DNA of 64,000 nt from Octopus sinensis (lineage: Eukaryota), in assembly GCF_006345805.1 (NCBI RefSeq), contig NC_042997.1, positions 12,276,001 through 12,340,000 of the forward strand. The letters run 5' to 3'. Shown piece after piece: positions 14,113 to 29,128 of this stretch. Under the pieces are notes generated by a model, which did not search any database, was not told where the DNA came from, and worked only from the letters and a program-made list of their open reading frames with translations. The translations under genes were made by a program, and so were the position numbers. Each line of letters starts with the position of its first letter. Positions within the stretch are counted from its first letter, which is position 1.

Positions 14113-14197
14113 TTAATTGAGCGCCATACTAATACAATTGTTCGTTTGTCTTCCACCTGCCTTCGTCTTTTGTTTATTTTCATAAAGCTTCCCGTTA
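14113..14197 (-). repeat. ~85-bp (TA)n-embedded interspersed repeat (second copy 60768-60852, +)
   Basis: aacgggaagctttatgaaaata.acaaaagacgaaggcaggtggaa.acaaac.aacaattgtattagtatggcgctca is nearly identical at both loci. Confidence 0.8.
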
Positions 14198-14244
<47 letters not shown>

Positions 14245-14778
14245 ATATATATATATGCAGATACAGTATGTTTAATTACCACGGAGAGCCTTAGACTTCT
14301 TCTATCCATGGTGGTTTTAAATCTTGTATTGACACGTTATTTTTTATAGCTTTATCTTCTTCGAGTTTCATCCTTCCCATAACGAATTATCCTACATACT
14401 GTCGTCGTTTATAATTTATTGTGACGTCATCTCTCTCTTTCTATTTATATACATATGTCTTTCTTTAACTCTGTGTGCATGTGTGTGTGTGTGTGTGCAT
14501 GTATGTGTGTGCGTGCGAGTGTGTTTACGTGTGCGTGTGCATGTGTGTGTGGTGTGTGTGTGTGTGTTGTTCGTTGCAATATACTAAAGTTAAAAGAATT
14601 ATTCAACCTTCAGTGACGATGTTTATTTCTTTGTAAGTTATCTTATTGTTATTTGAAGCTTCAATTCAGCCACAATGAAGAGAAACTGTGAACAAAAGCA
14701 GATTCTACTCTGCCAATAGTATTCTTTAATCAAGCAGCACCGCATAGACTACATCGCTCTAAATGTTCTATTTATTTA

Positions 14779-15196
14779 CTCGTTTACTCGTTTACTCTGT
14801 TTACTTGTATCAGTCATTTGACTGCGGCCATGCTGGAGCACCCCCTTTAATCGAGCAACTCGACCCCGGGACTTATTCTTTTTGTAAGCCCAGTACTTAT
14901 TCTATCGGTCTCTTTTGCCGAACCGCTAGGTAACGGGGACATAAACACACCAGCATCGGTTGTCAAGCAATGCTAGGGGGACAAACACAGACACACAACC
15001 ACACGCACGCATATATATATGTACATATATCCGACAGGCTTCTTTCAGTTTCCGTCTACCAAATCCACTCACAAGGCTTTGGTCGACCCGAAGCTATAGC
15101 AGAAGACACTTGCCCAAGATGCCACGCAGTGGGACTGAACCCGGGACCATGTGGTTGGTTAGCAAGCTACTTACCACACAGCCACTCCTGCGCCTA
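14779..15196 (-). mobile_element. SINE family A, full length, probable TSD ctatttattta
   Basis: Complete head, body and tail. ctatttattta at 14768-14778 and 15194-15204. Confidence 0.9.
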
Positions 15197-16259
15197 TTTA
15201 TTTATTCATTTTCCTAAAGACTAAGTTTTATTTGAAATAGATTTGACTGATTGGAATTTCGTATATTGCACGTAAATAGTAATGACAATGAATGAGTGTC
15301 TGTTGGTGTGTGGTAAATTCAAAACGTTTTTTTTTTTAAACGCTTATCGTTCTGGAGAGGTGTAGCTAAATGTTAGACATTATCTTCACTCTTCAAATTT
15401 ACAATAATTCAGTTGCTCAGTACCAATTCAGATTTCCGCCATCACAATTATTATTGTGTTGGCGAAAATATATTGATAATTGCCGTACTGGTTGAACTAT
15501 CGTTTTGTATTTTTAAATAGCATTGCAAAATTCCTTAGTATCTGCCTATTAGCTATATCTAATTCCGATGAGGAACGTTAGGCATTTGTTTTGTAAACTT
15601 TAAGAAATTAATACAAGATGACGCGTCAGCAGACCACATGTATTTCACAGTGTTTTATAAACGATTCAATACTTAAAAGATTGACTGACTGACAATGAAT
15701 TTATCTATTACTAAAAGCAACCCGCATCAATATTTATCGAAAAAAACATTCTATCGAAATGCTTTTGCGTGTAACGCATGTCTTTCAATTATTTTATCGA
15801 AGAAAATTTTATTCACTAGCCTTTTATAAATCCTGGAAATGATCTTCCATGCAATTTGTATATTTATAAAAGAAATTTAAGCATAGATATGGTACTAGAG
15901 TTGATTGGGTCAAGTAATGTGTGATATTACTTCGAAGAAAACATTTTAAAGACACAAAATGCGAGATGATATACAAAAGCTATTTTTCATCTTCCAGTTC
16001 TCCATGTTTCCTGATGAAGAGTTCCTAACACCGACATATCGAAATACAGGGCAATGTATCAACCGTTGCTCTCTTTCGCACTCTTGACGTTCACTTATGT
16101 ATTTCATTTCAATTTTTTTTCAGACGTAACAAGATTTTCATCTAATTGAAATATAGAATAATTTTAAATATCAAGTCGTTATTATAAGATGTAACATTCT
16201 TGAATATGGAATAATTTTTAATACTTAATAGAAATAGAATACCCATTCATATTTTTCAC

Positions 16260-16750
<491 letters not shown>

Positions 16751-17019
16751 TTATCCATTTACATATTTCGATTAAGGTGTAGTAGTGAAGGACCTATAGT
16801 GGGCAAGCATCTTAATGTTGTTCTTGCTACTGTAGTTTAGCTCTTGGTTAATTTTATTCAAGCGCACATATAATCAGGAGCATTCCAAACAACTCATTTT
16901 TAAAACGGTAGGGTCAGATATGTATGAAAGAGAACTAGCAGCAATTTGTTGTAAGGTGAGCAATCAATCATATAGAGGGTCATGCTTATCATTCACGTTG
17001 AGAAATGGTTGATTAATAC

Positions 17020-17391
<372 letters not shown>

Positions 17392-17951
17392 ATGGATATA
17401 TGCGTGTGTTGTTTGTATGTGTGCATGCATTTCAAGAAAATATAGAACAGTTTGATTAATATTCATGTTGTGGCATTTAGGTTTCAGCTGTCTTCGCTGT
17501 GAAGGTCGTTAGGCTAATTTGTAATTTGAGTATGCCGTAAAGTGCTGGTGTTGGTGACATCACAATGGAACAATATTGGTCATACTTAATCATCATAATC
17601 ATCATCAAGACCATTGTCGTCGTCGTTGTCGTCGTCATCATGAACATCATCATCATCTCTATCTTAAATTACCCCTTATTCTATACAGCCTTATATCTAC
17701 CTTTCTCTGGTTCCTGGTTGACTTTACACCTCTTTTCTTTCTCTGTATGCATATATGTTTGCCAACACCGAAATCATTGCGACCATTTAGCAATCGTTCT
17801 GGTCATATTCCTTTATCGTGCATAATTTTAATTAATTTGCTTTCACAATCTAGTTTTATTTGAAATTTTACACGAAAACCCAGTGTGCGTGTAAGGGACA
17901 CATTCGCTTACACATATTTATAACCACATCAATATGCATATACGCATACAG

Positions 17952-17983
<32 letters not shown>

Positions 17984-18062
17984 TGTCGTCATCGTAGTCG
18001 TCGTCGTCGTCGTCGTCGTCATCATCGTTATCGTTGTCACCGTCGTCATCATCATCATCATC

Positions 18063-18131
<69 letters not shown>

Positions 18132-18175
18132 GTTGTTAATAATTATTATTTTCCCAATTTACTTCAGAAATTTAC

Positions 18176-18213
<38 letters not shown>

Positions 18214-18673
18214 TATTATTATTATTATTATTATTATATTATTATTATTATTATTATTATTATATTATTATATGAATTGGGTTTTTTTTCCTTCGATGCA
18301 TGTATATACATCAGATATTAGCTCCGAGTAAGGCCTACTTCCATTTACTTGAACGTATGAATATAAATGGTTTTAAACAGAAATGCTTTTAAAATACGAC
18401 AGGAGGGGATACATAATAAAAGATAAGATAGTAAAATGTTAAATATGTAAATTTCTGTAGAAATGAATGAATAAAGAAAGTATAAAGATAAAGAAATGAT
18501 AATAACTATTTTATGAAGAGGAAATTGCGCGCACACACACACACTTATAGCATATGTACACATGCATCCGTACATAAATACACATATATATATATATATA
18601 CGTAGGTGCATATATAATATATATATATGTGTGCACAACACTTATATGTATATATATGAGTATATATATATAT

Positions 18674-18737
<64 letters not shown>

Positions 18738-18812
18738 ATATATATGTGTGTATATATATATTAATGTGTATGTATGTATATGTACATATATATTTATGTA
18801 CATGCATATCGG

Positions 18813-18857
<45 letters not shown>

Positions 18858-18871
18858 TATAATATATATAT

Positions 18872-18930
<59 letters not shown>

Positions 18931-18973
18931 TATACATATATATATTGTGTGAGTGTGTGTGCGTGTGTGTGTA

Positions 18974-19029
<56 letters not shown>

Positions 19030-19616
19030 TATATATATGTGCACATGCGTATGGGAATCTATATAAATACATGAACACACACACAATATATATGTACATA
19101 CATACATACACACACACATATATATTTATATATATCTGTCATTTACTTTCTCTCAGTCTATCTATCTATCGATCTATCTGTGTCTGGCTCTCTCCATTTC
19201 TTTCTCTCTCACTTTCTATATACATATGTGTATTGTGTGTGTGTGTGCGTGTGTGTGCGTGTGTGTTCGCGCGCGTATGTTCGTATGGATATGTGTGTGT
19301 ATATGTTGTTTGTATGTGTGCATGCATTTCAAGAAAACACATTGGTATAGAATACTAGAAAATTAAAAGGAACAAAAATAGCTAAACTTCCCCTTAAAAC
19401 ATATATTTTGAAATATGCTTTATTTCCTCTCGCCTTAATCATCTCTCTTTACAGTCATCGTTGCCTTATATCGTCGACATCGCCTTTGATGTTTAACATC
19501 GCCACTGCCGTATCCACGGCCCTTGGCCTCCGCCGCTGCTGCAAATTTTATAACAATCGCCAACGCCGACTAACGCTATCTCCACCAGTACCTCTAACAT
19601 CACCACTATCACAACG

Positions 19617-19641
19617 ATGAAGAAAATGATAATGATGATAT

Positions 19642-19673
<32 letters not shown>

Positions 19674-19711
19674 ACAACAACAACAACAACAACAATAATA
19701 ATAATAATAAC

Positions 19712-19746
<35 letters not shown>

Positions 19747-19849
19747 CAATAATAATAATGATGATGATAGTGATAATAATAATTATAACAATAATAAACA
19801 TAATAATAATTATTACCATTATCATTACAACGTCATCACCAAGTTCATT

Positions 19850-19910
<61 letters not shown>

Positions 19911-19982
19911 TTATCATTATTATTATCATTATTATTATTATTATTATTATCATTATTATTTTTATTATTATTATCATTATTA

Positions 19983-20015
<33 letters not shown>

Positions 20016-20067
20016 TATTATTATTATTATCATCATTATTATTATTATTATTATATTATTATTATTA

Positions 20068-20122
<55 letters not shown>

Positions 20123-20200
20123 CAGTATTATTATTATTATTATTATTATTATCATTGTTATTATTATTATTTTTATTATTTCCATCATCTTCGTCCTCGT
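19617..20200. repeat. Compound (AAT/AAC/GAT)n array followed by complementary (ATT/ATC)n array
   Basis: Direct reading. The 355-aa ORF here is a translation artefact. Confidence 0.95.
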
Positions 20201-20409
20201 CTCTCTCCTCCTCATCATCATCATTGATGGTGTTGTCGCTACAATCAATCTAAATGTGATAGGAAAATTGTACAGAAATACAGTACAGAAACACACACAT
20301 CAAAGTACATTATCGTACACGGACGCACGCACGCACGCAACTATAAACACGTACACATGCACAAACGTATACAGGCGCGCGCTCATGCACGCACGCACAC
20401 ACACACACC

Positions 20410-20444
<35 letters not shown>

Positions 20445-20569
20445 CAAACATACATACATATAAAATGTATATGTACCAAATATCTTAAGGCTGAATTATA
20501 TACTTTTTATCTACGAATTTTTCCCATTCTTATCTCCTCTTTTCTTTCACACAAATGCTTTCTCCTCTC

Positions 20570-20603
<34 letters not shown>

Positions 20604-20868
20604 TATATACTTATATGGGTTTGTGTGTACAATCATTCATATGTATATGTGTGTGTGTATACATACATATTTATATATATATAATACATGTAATATATGA
20701 TATATATGTATATATAATATATATAAATATATTTATATGTGTTTGCATGTATAAGGTTGAGCGTGTAGACTTGTGTGTGAATGAGAGGGCTAGAGTGAAT
20801 GTGTGCCCATGTATATATTAAGCGAAGAATATATTTCTATATGTATATATTTCTATCGATTTAGCTCT

Positions 20869-20916
<48 letters not shown>

Positions 20917-22420
20917 TTACATCTCTGTCTATCTGTCTCTCTGTCTATGAATGCGTTTGTATATATATGCCCCTGTATATGTATGCTTGTATATAGTGCT
21001 TGCATACAAATGTGTGTATGCTTGTATGCGCGTGTGTGTGTACGCAGGCACCCATGTTTAGTAGATACATATCCGAGAGCAACTCTAATTTTCTCCAAAG
21101 AATTGAAGCATTAATTAATTATAAAAGGATGCTTCTAGAAAGCATCATCTGCTGGAGAAAACAATGAACTGCATCAAATGAAAAGATACGCCAGCAAATA
21201 ACTAAATATCATTATAGGAATAATTCTCTCTGCAATATCTTCTGGTCATTTGAAAAATTTCGTTTTTCCGTCGGTAATTTCTTAGTTTGTTTGAATATAT
21301 TTGTATAGGTCTGTCTATGAATGTGCATCTTTGTGTTTATTTCTGTATGTGTGTGTATGAGAGAGTGATTTGTGAGGGGAATATGTATATGATTGTGTGT
21401 ACATGCGTGCATTCGAGTGGTGTGGTTTTATTTTCTTTTTACATTCTTAAAACTCTTTCAAAATTTATGATAGAAAACGGATATGTTCACTGCGCATGAC
21501 AAGACAGTTAGTGGTTTGATTTCCTGCAGCAAACAGCTCACAATATTCCACTGTTTTCATTTCGGTTTGCTCGTCGAAAGAAAAATACAAAAAAAAAATG
21601 CAAAACGCCTGAGCTTAAAAAACTCTGTTATAGATTTTTCTATTTTCTTTTCCAGTTAGTTTGCTATTTTTTTTTTCAGAAGCACACCTGCGTTCTCAGT
21701 TCAAGTAACACCGGTGTAGATTTGATATTTCTAACTTTGCAATACCGATTAAATAAGTACCAACATTTCACTGGTTCTTACATTCATTTAATTAGGAATT
21801 CTCGTACATCAAATTCTTGAATTAACATATTTTAAGAAATTATTTTCATCCACAGTCGTTTGGTTTAATACTACCGAACATCCCATGTGCAACCTTAGCA
21901 GCGGCCCCTTGGTATTCATGTCTAAACGAAAGATTGTCTCCGGTATGCCCATTACAGTTTGGAGCGCGCTGAAAAACATACATACAGTGTTCTTTCTTTC
22001 TTCAAAAGTCTACAAAACAAAGAATTTATTAGCTTTTTTTTTAACTAGATATTTATTTTCAGTTCTACTCTCTAACGGCTCCAGTGGGTGGTAAATGAAT
22101 GGTCTTCTATCTATATAAGTCAAGCTGATACCCGTTGATTTTGTATTACTGCAGCCGTTTACAGCCAGAATACATTCCACACCGTTACCGTTATTTAAAA
22201 TGAAGTAACGAAGTCATGAGTGATCTTTTATGTTCATTTTCTAGGTTTCCTCAACAAACTTTGTCATGTCGTAGTTTGTTGAAAACAATTTTAAGATAAT
22301 AAGAAACACATAAATCTCTAAATAAATATATCAATAAACATAATTATTTCTATTGTTATATTTTGAGATGGTATAGTTTTTTCTCGAAATAAACATATGC
22401 ACAGTATATTCGATCTTCAT

Positions 22421-22806
22421 TTCAGATTTATTATTGTTCGTATTTTATGTCCTTAGTCTGAAAATCTTTCGTCAACACATCGTGTGGCCTCTTCAGCGAC
22501 TCTCCATCCCATGTGTCTCCTCCTGTTCTGTTTAGTCCATTCTCTATATGGCTTAATGCCGTTGACACAATACGATCTAGTAACAATGAAGCATGAAGTC
22601 TTCTTTTTTCACTCGCAAGTCTTCCTCAAAAAAACGTCTTCATTTCATGCTTTGTTGGCAGCAATTTTAAGATAATAAGATTCAGACTGGACTATACAGA
22701 AGAGGGGAAGACACGTGGGATGAGGAGTCATTGAAGAGGTCACAGGATGTGTGACGAAAGATATCCAGACAAAAGACAGATAATAAAAGCAATACTGAAT
22801 CTGAAG
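22421..22806. repeat. Diverged inverted repeat (~120-bp arms), each arm carrying a decayed hammerhead-like motif
   Basis: 22421-22545 aligns to the reverse complement of 22685-22806. Motifs: CTGAAGA...GAAAGATTTTC agac (minus, 22456-22500) and TTGAAGA g gtcaca ggatg tgtgac GAAAGATATCC agac (plus, 22727-22770). Confidence 0.65.
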
Positions 22807-23021
22807 TGAAGAACGAATATATAGTGCGTGAGTTTCTTTAGCAAACAAAATAAAATGACCATCACGAAACACCTGTTTCAAAATGCGATGTCACATTGCA
22901 AAACAAATACATAAACGTAACATAATTATATCAATTTTATTAACGATAGAGAAAATGCGCAAATACTTCTTATATATTGGACACTTAGATATTTAAAGCT
23001 GAAACCAATATATATATATAT

Positions 23022-23416
23022 ATTCTTTTACTTGTTTTAGTCATTTGACTGCGGTCAAGCTGGAGCACCGCCTTTAGTCGAGCAAATCGACTCTAGGACT
23101 TATTCTTTGTAAGCCTAGTACTTATTCTATCGTTCTCTTTTGCCGAACCGCTAAGTTACGGGGACGTAAACACACCAGCGTCGGTTGTCAAGCGATGGTT
23201 GGGGAACAAACACGGACACACACACACAGACATATATATATAAATATATATGATGGGCTTCTTTCAGTTTCCATCTACCAAATCCACTCACAAAGGCTTT
23301 GTTCGGCCTGAGGCTATAATAGAAGACACTCGCCCAAGGTTCCACGCAGTAGGACTGAACCCGGAACCATGTAGTTGGTTAGCAAGCTACTTACCACTTA
23401 GCAACTCCTGCGCCTA
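23022..23416 (-). mobile_element. SINE family A, near full length
   Basis: Same head, body and tail as other copies. Confidence 0.9.
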
Positions 23417-23461
23417 TGCACACATATATATATAAGTTAAGATGAGGAAGGACAATCTATG

Positions 23462-23641
23462 GGATTCCCTTAGGTTTCCCGTCCACAAAGTGTTTAGCTT
23501 TGCGGCGTATAGTCAGATCCCAAAACCTGTTGACCCAAGACCTCTTAAGAATTTTTAACAGGTCTTGGGCCAACAGGTTTTGGGATCTGACAATACGCCA
23601 TAAAGCTAAACCCATTATGGGCGGGAAGCCTTAGGTAATTC
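23462..23641. mobile_element. 180-bp foldback element (MITE-like long hairpin)
   Basis: Arms 23462-23543 and 23560-23641, 16-nt loop. The inner 68 bp have about 8 mismatches by eye. Confidence 0.75.
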
Positions 23642-25244
23642 ATCATTTTTTATATATACTGCTTTACATCTAAAAGTGTGCTTCCGCTTTCCATTTTATT
23701 ATTTTACAGATGATGTATAAATATGTATATATATTTCATGTATTGACAACGTACGCTGGTTTTATATTTTATAAGTTTATCGAAAAATAATTGAGCAAGC
23801 TTATCGAACCGGTGCCTATTCTGGTTTTCATCATCTTCGGGTAGTCGGGAGTTGAACACGCACGGTGATCAAGCTGGATGCGAGACCATTACTGGTTAAC
23901 ATCTCAGTTATTACTGTTGCTTATGTTTATACCAGTAGAGAGAAAAATTACGCAAGGCATCGAGTGATCTGATCTTCGAATCTACCACTTAACGATGTAA
24001 TACTCCAAACTCAAACTACTATTCTACATGTCTTCATTTGTATTTTAAAAGCTAATCAATAAATAAATAATTATGATCATGACTTATGCAGCACGTTCCT
24101 GTCCCAAAATAATTCGATTAATATGGATGTTCCTTGTTTTGAAAATGTGCAAATCAACGTACATTATGAAGCATAATTTGTGAGAGACGAGTGGAACCGA
24201 CGACTAAACAACAGCAATTTACAGACAAGCGCACAAGAGCTAATGTTTGGTGTTAAAATCTAACAGCGTTGTAAGTTTAGATTTTGAGTAATAAACATGC
24301 GGAGACGATAAAACGACTTATTATTTAGTAACATAATATTTGCATTCAATAATATTTGATAATCCATGGGCATCAGTTCAAGAAACAGCTTCAAAAGACA
24401 TTCACTTGCGACACTTGGATTTTTATGAACCAATACTATACTATTAGTTACAGCTTTCATTTATATATGAAATAGTTATTTTAGAAAGATTATACAAGAT
24501 GAATAAAAAGTATAAAAGGAAATTTTACAAAAGGTACATATACTTTTCACTAACAACAGAGGTAGTCATCTATCGAAAAATAATATTAAAATCTTAGGTG
24601 TATATATACTCTTCCATTTCCTCGATCCTTTATTAACACCCTTTCTCACGAATATACGTTCTAGAAATTTCTTTAGTAATGAAAAAAAAAAAAAAAAAGA
24701 AAAAAGAAAAGCTCAGGTATAACAAAATATGAAATGAAGAGCTAAGAGTGTTGAAAGCTTTTGGTGCTCTCTCTTCCAAACTAACATATTTATACAAAAA
24801 TAAAGGAAAAAAAATAATTGCGAAAATGATTTCATCTCGAGAATGATGATGCAAACTATATCAGTGTAAGGATGAGAAAAACGAAACAAAAAAACCCAAA
24901 CAAAAATCAGTTATATATATATATATATATATCTATATATATATATACATGCATTCAATCGTAAAAATTTATGAGCATCCATGTGTTTCTATATATCTGT
25001 AGCTTATGATATGATTATATAGTCTACATAGAAGTGTGAGAAGTTAAGTGCGTGCATAAATGTACACATATGTACATGCAAACATATATATATATACGAT
25101 TCGTAGAGCTTATGTAGACAGATGCATAGATATTCAGGCACACACACACACACAAAAGGGCATACCTAGATATGTATTTAAATATATGTATATAGCTATA
25201 TATGGATATATATACATATATATATACACATATATACATATACG

Positions 25245-25289
<45 letters not shown>

Positions 25290-25470
25290 TATATTATATA
25301 CATACATATATATATACACACAGATATATACACATGTATATATATATACATATAACATATATATATATATATGTACTATATAATATATTATATATTATTT
25401 ATATATATATATATACATATATACTATATATATTTATATATATATATATATATATATCGATATTTATATA

Positions 25471-25541
<71 letters not shown>

Positions 25542-27019
25542 TATATGAACCTATTATCTATACCACTTACTTTGAGTTAATATATTTATAGACTCTGGAA
25601 AGAGTTCATTTTCATACCGATGGCGTTACACCTGCGAGATGGAAGTAAGTTTAGAAACAGCAAATTGTGTACTTATGATGAGTTATCTAAGTCAGGAGGT
25701 ACACGAAGGGAAATTATATACAAATACATACATATGTGCATACATATATAAGACACACGCACAAAGATGTATATATATATATTTTCTAGATATGTTCGTA
25801 ACCTCTCCCTATATATGTATATATATACATAGGGATATATGTATATATATATATATATATATATAGATATATGTTATGCCAATGTATTATGTATATGTGT
25901 GTGTGTGAGTGTGTGCAGGTGTGCGTATGTGTGTATGTGTATGTGTGTGTTTATGTATGATACATAGTGGTTTTAACTAAACGGATATGTATTAAAACCG
26001 TATGAAACAGAAGCTGATAAGGAATTCAGTACGTATACTAAAGATAATTTTTTTGTATATATTTCCTTTGTAAAGAAACTAAAACATGCACACCTTATAT
26101 ATATCTATATGTATATACATATATATATATATATGTGTGTGTGTGTATGTGTGTGTGTGTATGTGTTTGTAGCACCAATATATGTATCTATGATTGCAAA
26201 TATGCACATATATATATACATAAACACACGCGAATATATATATATATACACACATACTTGCATGTGCACTCATATATCTAGATTTATATATAAACTTATT
26301 TCATCATGCTCATAGCTCAAAAGAAAAACATGAAAATATAGATATTATACATACATACCTACATACATATATATATATATATGTATGTATGTATATATAT
26401 ATTATATATATATATATTATATATATATTATATATATATATTATATATTATATATATATATATTATATATATATATATGTATATGCATGTGTGTGTATGT
26501 ATGCATGTGTGCATGTGTATATACATATGTATATGTATTTATTTACTTGTATATATATATATAATATAGAGTGATAGAGAAAGGTCTATGTTTTTAGCAC
26601 GAATATATGTACCTTTGATTGCAAATATGCATATATTGAAATACATATGTATGTATGCAGCTATACATCTGTGTGTTGAAGAATGTACCCATGTAGCAAT
26701 ATATACATGCATTGAAGAATGTTTGTATGCATGCATGCTTAGTATACATTTACGATCTACCTGTGGGATCTACACTTTCGTATATTACATTTCTGTTTCT
26801 GAAGTGAAAGCCTCTGGTGTCATACAAATCTAAGTAAATTAAGGAAATAAACAAAAATATTCTGAGATATATGGAAAACACCTGATAGTTTTCAGCATTC
26901 AAAGGGATATGAAATCGATAGTTTATGTATGTATATATGTTGGTAGGTGCGCCTGTATGTGCGTTGTCTTTATGTTTATACAACACACGAATACCATGAT
27001 GCCTGTGCACGGAGATATG

Positions 27020-27108
<89 letters not shown>

Positions 27109-27503
27109 TATTATATATACATATACATATACATATACAATATATACACATATATATATATATAAATGAATATATGCAAGTCAAGTGCACACATATATAT
27201 GAATATAAATTTGTATCTATACATAACACATGCACAGATGTAATGAAGGGTTGGGTGTTTCCATATAGATAAATATACATTTCTATGCATGTGTATAGAA
27301 ATATACTATATTCTTGACATATTCTATTTTCATTAAAAAACAAAAAATGTATTACTTTCAGCTTTCAGCTTTTCAATATTCCGTAAAAAAAAAAACTAAA
27401 ACTAGTAACAACATTAGGCTATATAGCAAAACATTCCCAAATTATTTTACTTATTCTTCACCACAATCCGTTTAATTCTCTCTGTCTCCCTTGCTCATAG
27501 TAC

Positions 27504-27534
<31 letters not shown>

Positions 27535-27721
27535 CATACATACATACATACTGACAGACAGACAGACACTCACACACACACACACACACATGCATACATG
27601 CATACATTCATACCTACATACATACATTCAAACATACATACATACATATATACATGAGTGTTAGTGTGTGTGATTGTGTGAGTATTTGGAAGTATAAACG
27701 GGATAGAAACTCAGAAGATTA

Positions 27722-27930
27722 TTCTTTTATTCTTTTACTTGTTTCAATCATTTGACTGCAGCCACGCTGGAGCACCGCTTTTAGTCGAGCAAATCGTCTC
27801 CAGGGCTTATTCTTTGTGAGTCTAGTGTTTTCCTATCGGTCTCTGTTTCCAAACCACTAATTTAAGGAGACGTAAACACAATAGCATCGGTTGTCAAGCT
27901 ATGTGGGGCCACAAGCAACACACAGACATA
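27722..27930 (-). mobile_element. SINE family A, 3' half only
   Basis: Tail and body are present; the sequence runs into a (TA)n array where the head should be. Confidence 0.8.
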
Positions 27931-27944
27931 CATATACATATATG

Positions 27945-27994
<50 letters not shown>

Positions 27995-28062
27995 TACATG
28001 TATATATATGTTTATATATATATATATATACTATATATATAATATATATATATATATATCTG

Positions 28063-28134
<72 letters not shown>

Positions 28135-28136
<2 letters not shown>

Positions 28137-29062
28137 GACGATACAAAAAACACGGCGGGTCATCTTCGAAGCCTCTAATCTTCAGTCAAGAACCGGATCA
28201 TCCTCACAATTTCGTCTGATTAATCTTGAGATTGCTCCGATCTGGCCAGCCCCAAAGAAAAACTAAGCTATGAGTTTCTTGGAAAAAGGATCGAATGTAT
28301 ACGATACAAGGACAGAAAAACGGACGATGTTACACGAATATAAATACAAAAAACAAAAATTAATACGAATATAAATACAAAAAACAATAATAATAATATT
28401 TATAATAATAATAACAGGACATAACAACAGGCGTCTTTCGACTTAGGCGAGTTGAACTTAACTGGCGTATTTGAAAAATAATACCTTACGGCAGACGAAG
28501 AATGCGATGTTATCGTGGGGCTGGTCCGAAGCTGAAAGGCCAGCGGTCACGTGAGAAGAGAAGAGAGAGAAAAAAAGGGGGCAAAGGAATTAAAGAGAGG
28601 GAGAAGAGAGAGAAAAAGAGAAACAAAGGTATTAAGGAGGGGGAGAAGAGAGAGAAAAAGGAATTAAGGAGGTGGGGAAGAAAGAGAGCGTGCCAAAGAT
28701 TGGCGAGACAAAAGAAAGACAGGGTCAGTGAAGTGCAGAGTAAGAAAGGCAAAGAAATGTGAGAGAGTGGGGAAAAAGGGGACCGAAGAATCAAGGAGGC
28801 GAGAAAAGAGAAATATAGAGACAGTGAAGTACAAAGTAAGAAAGACAAAGAAGTGTGTGTAGAAGTCGTACAAAGTTTAGTGGAATGTTTACATACATAT
28901 AAGAGAATAAGGTGTACGTACGCCGCAATAATATATATATATTAAAAAATACAAAATGGGACAAGAACACAAAACATTCAAATATACGATATACAAAACA
29001 CGGACGGGTCATTCGAAGCCTCTAATCTTCAGTCAAGAACCGGATCATCCTCGCAATTTCGG

Positions 29063-29063
<1 letters not shown>
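28135..29063. repeat. Unclassified element with ~85-bp direct repeats at both ends and a purine-rich interior
   Basis: cacgg.cgggtcat.tcgaagcctctaatcttcagtcaagaaccggatcatcctc.caatttcg at ~28150-28220 and ~28998-29062. Both outer edges meet (TA)n. Confidence 0.6.

Positions 29064-29124
<61 letters not shown>

Positions 29125-29128
<4 letters not shown>

Noticed and set aside
16006-16045. CTGATGA...GAAATACA-gggcaa-TGTATC hammerhead-like string
   Set aside because: Core and helix III are plausible, but helix II barely pairs and helix I is out of register.
21850-21990. Possible minus-strand exon (tttttcag acceptor near 21968)
   Set aside because: No recognisable peptide in any frame and only weak donors.
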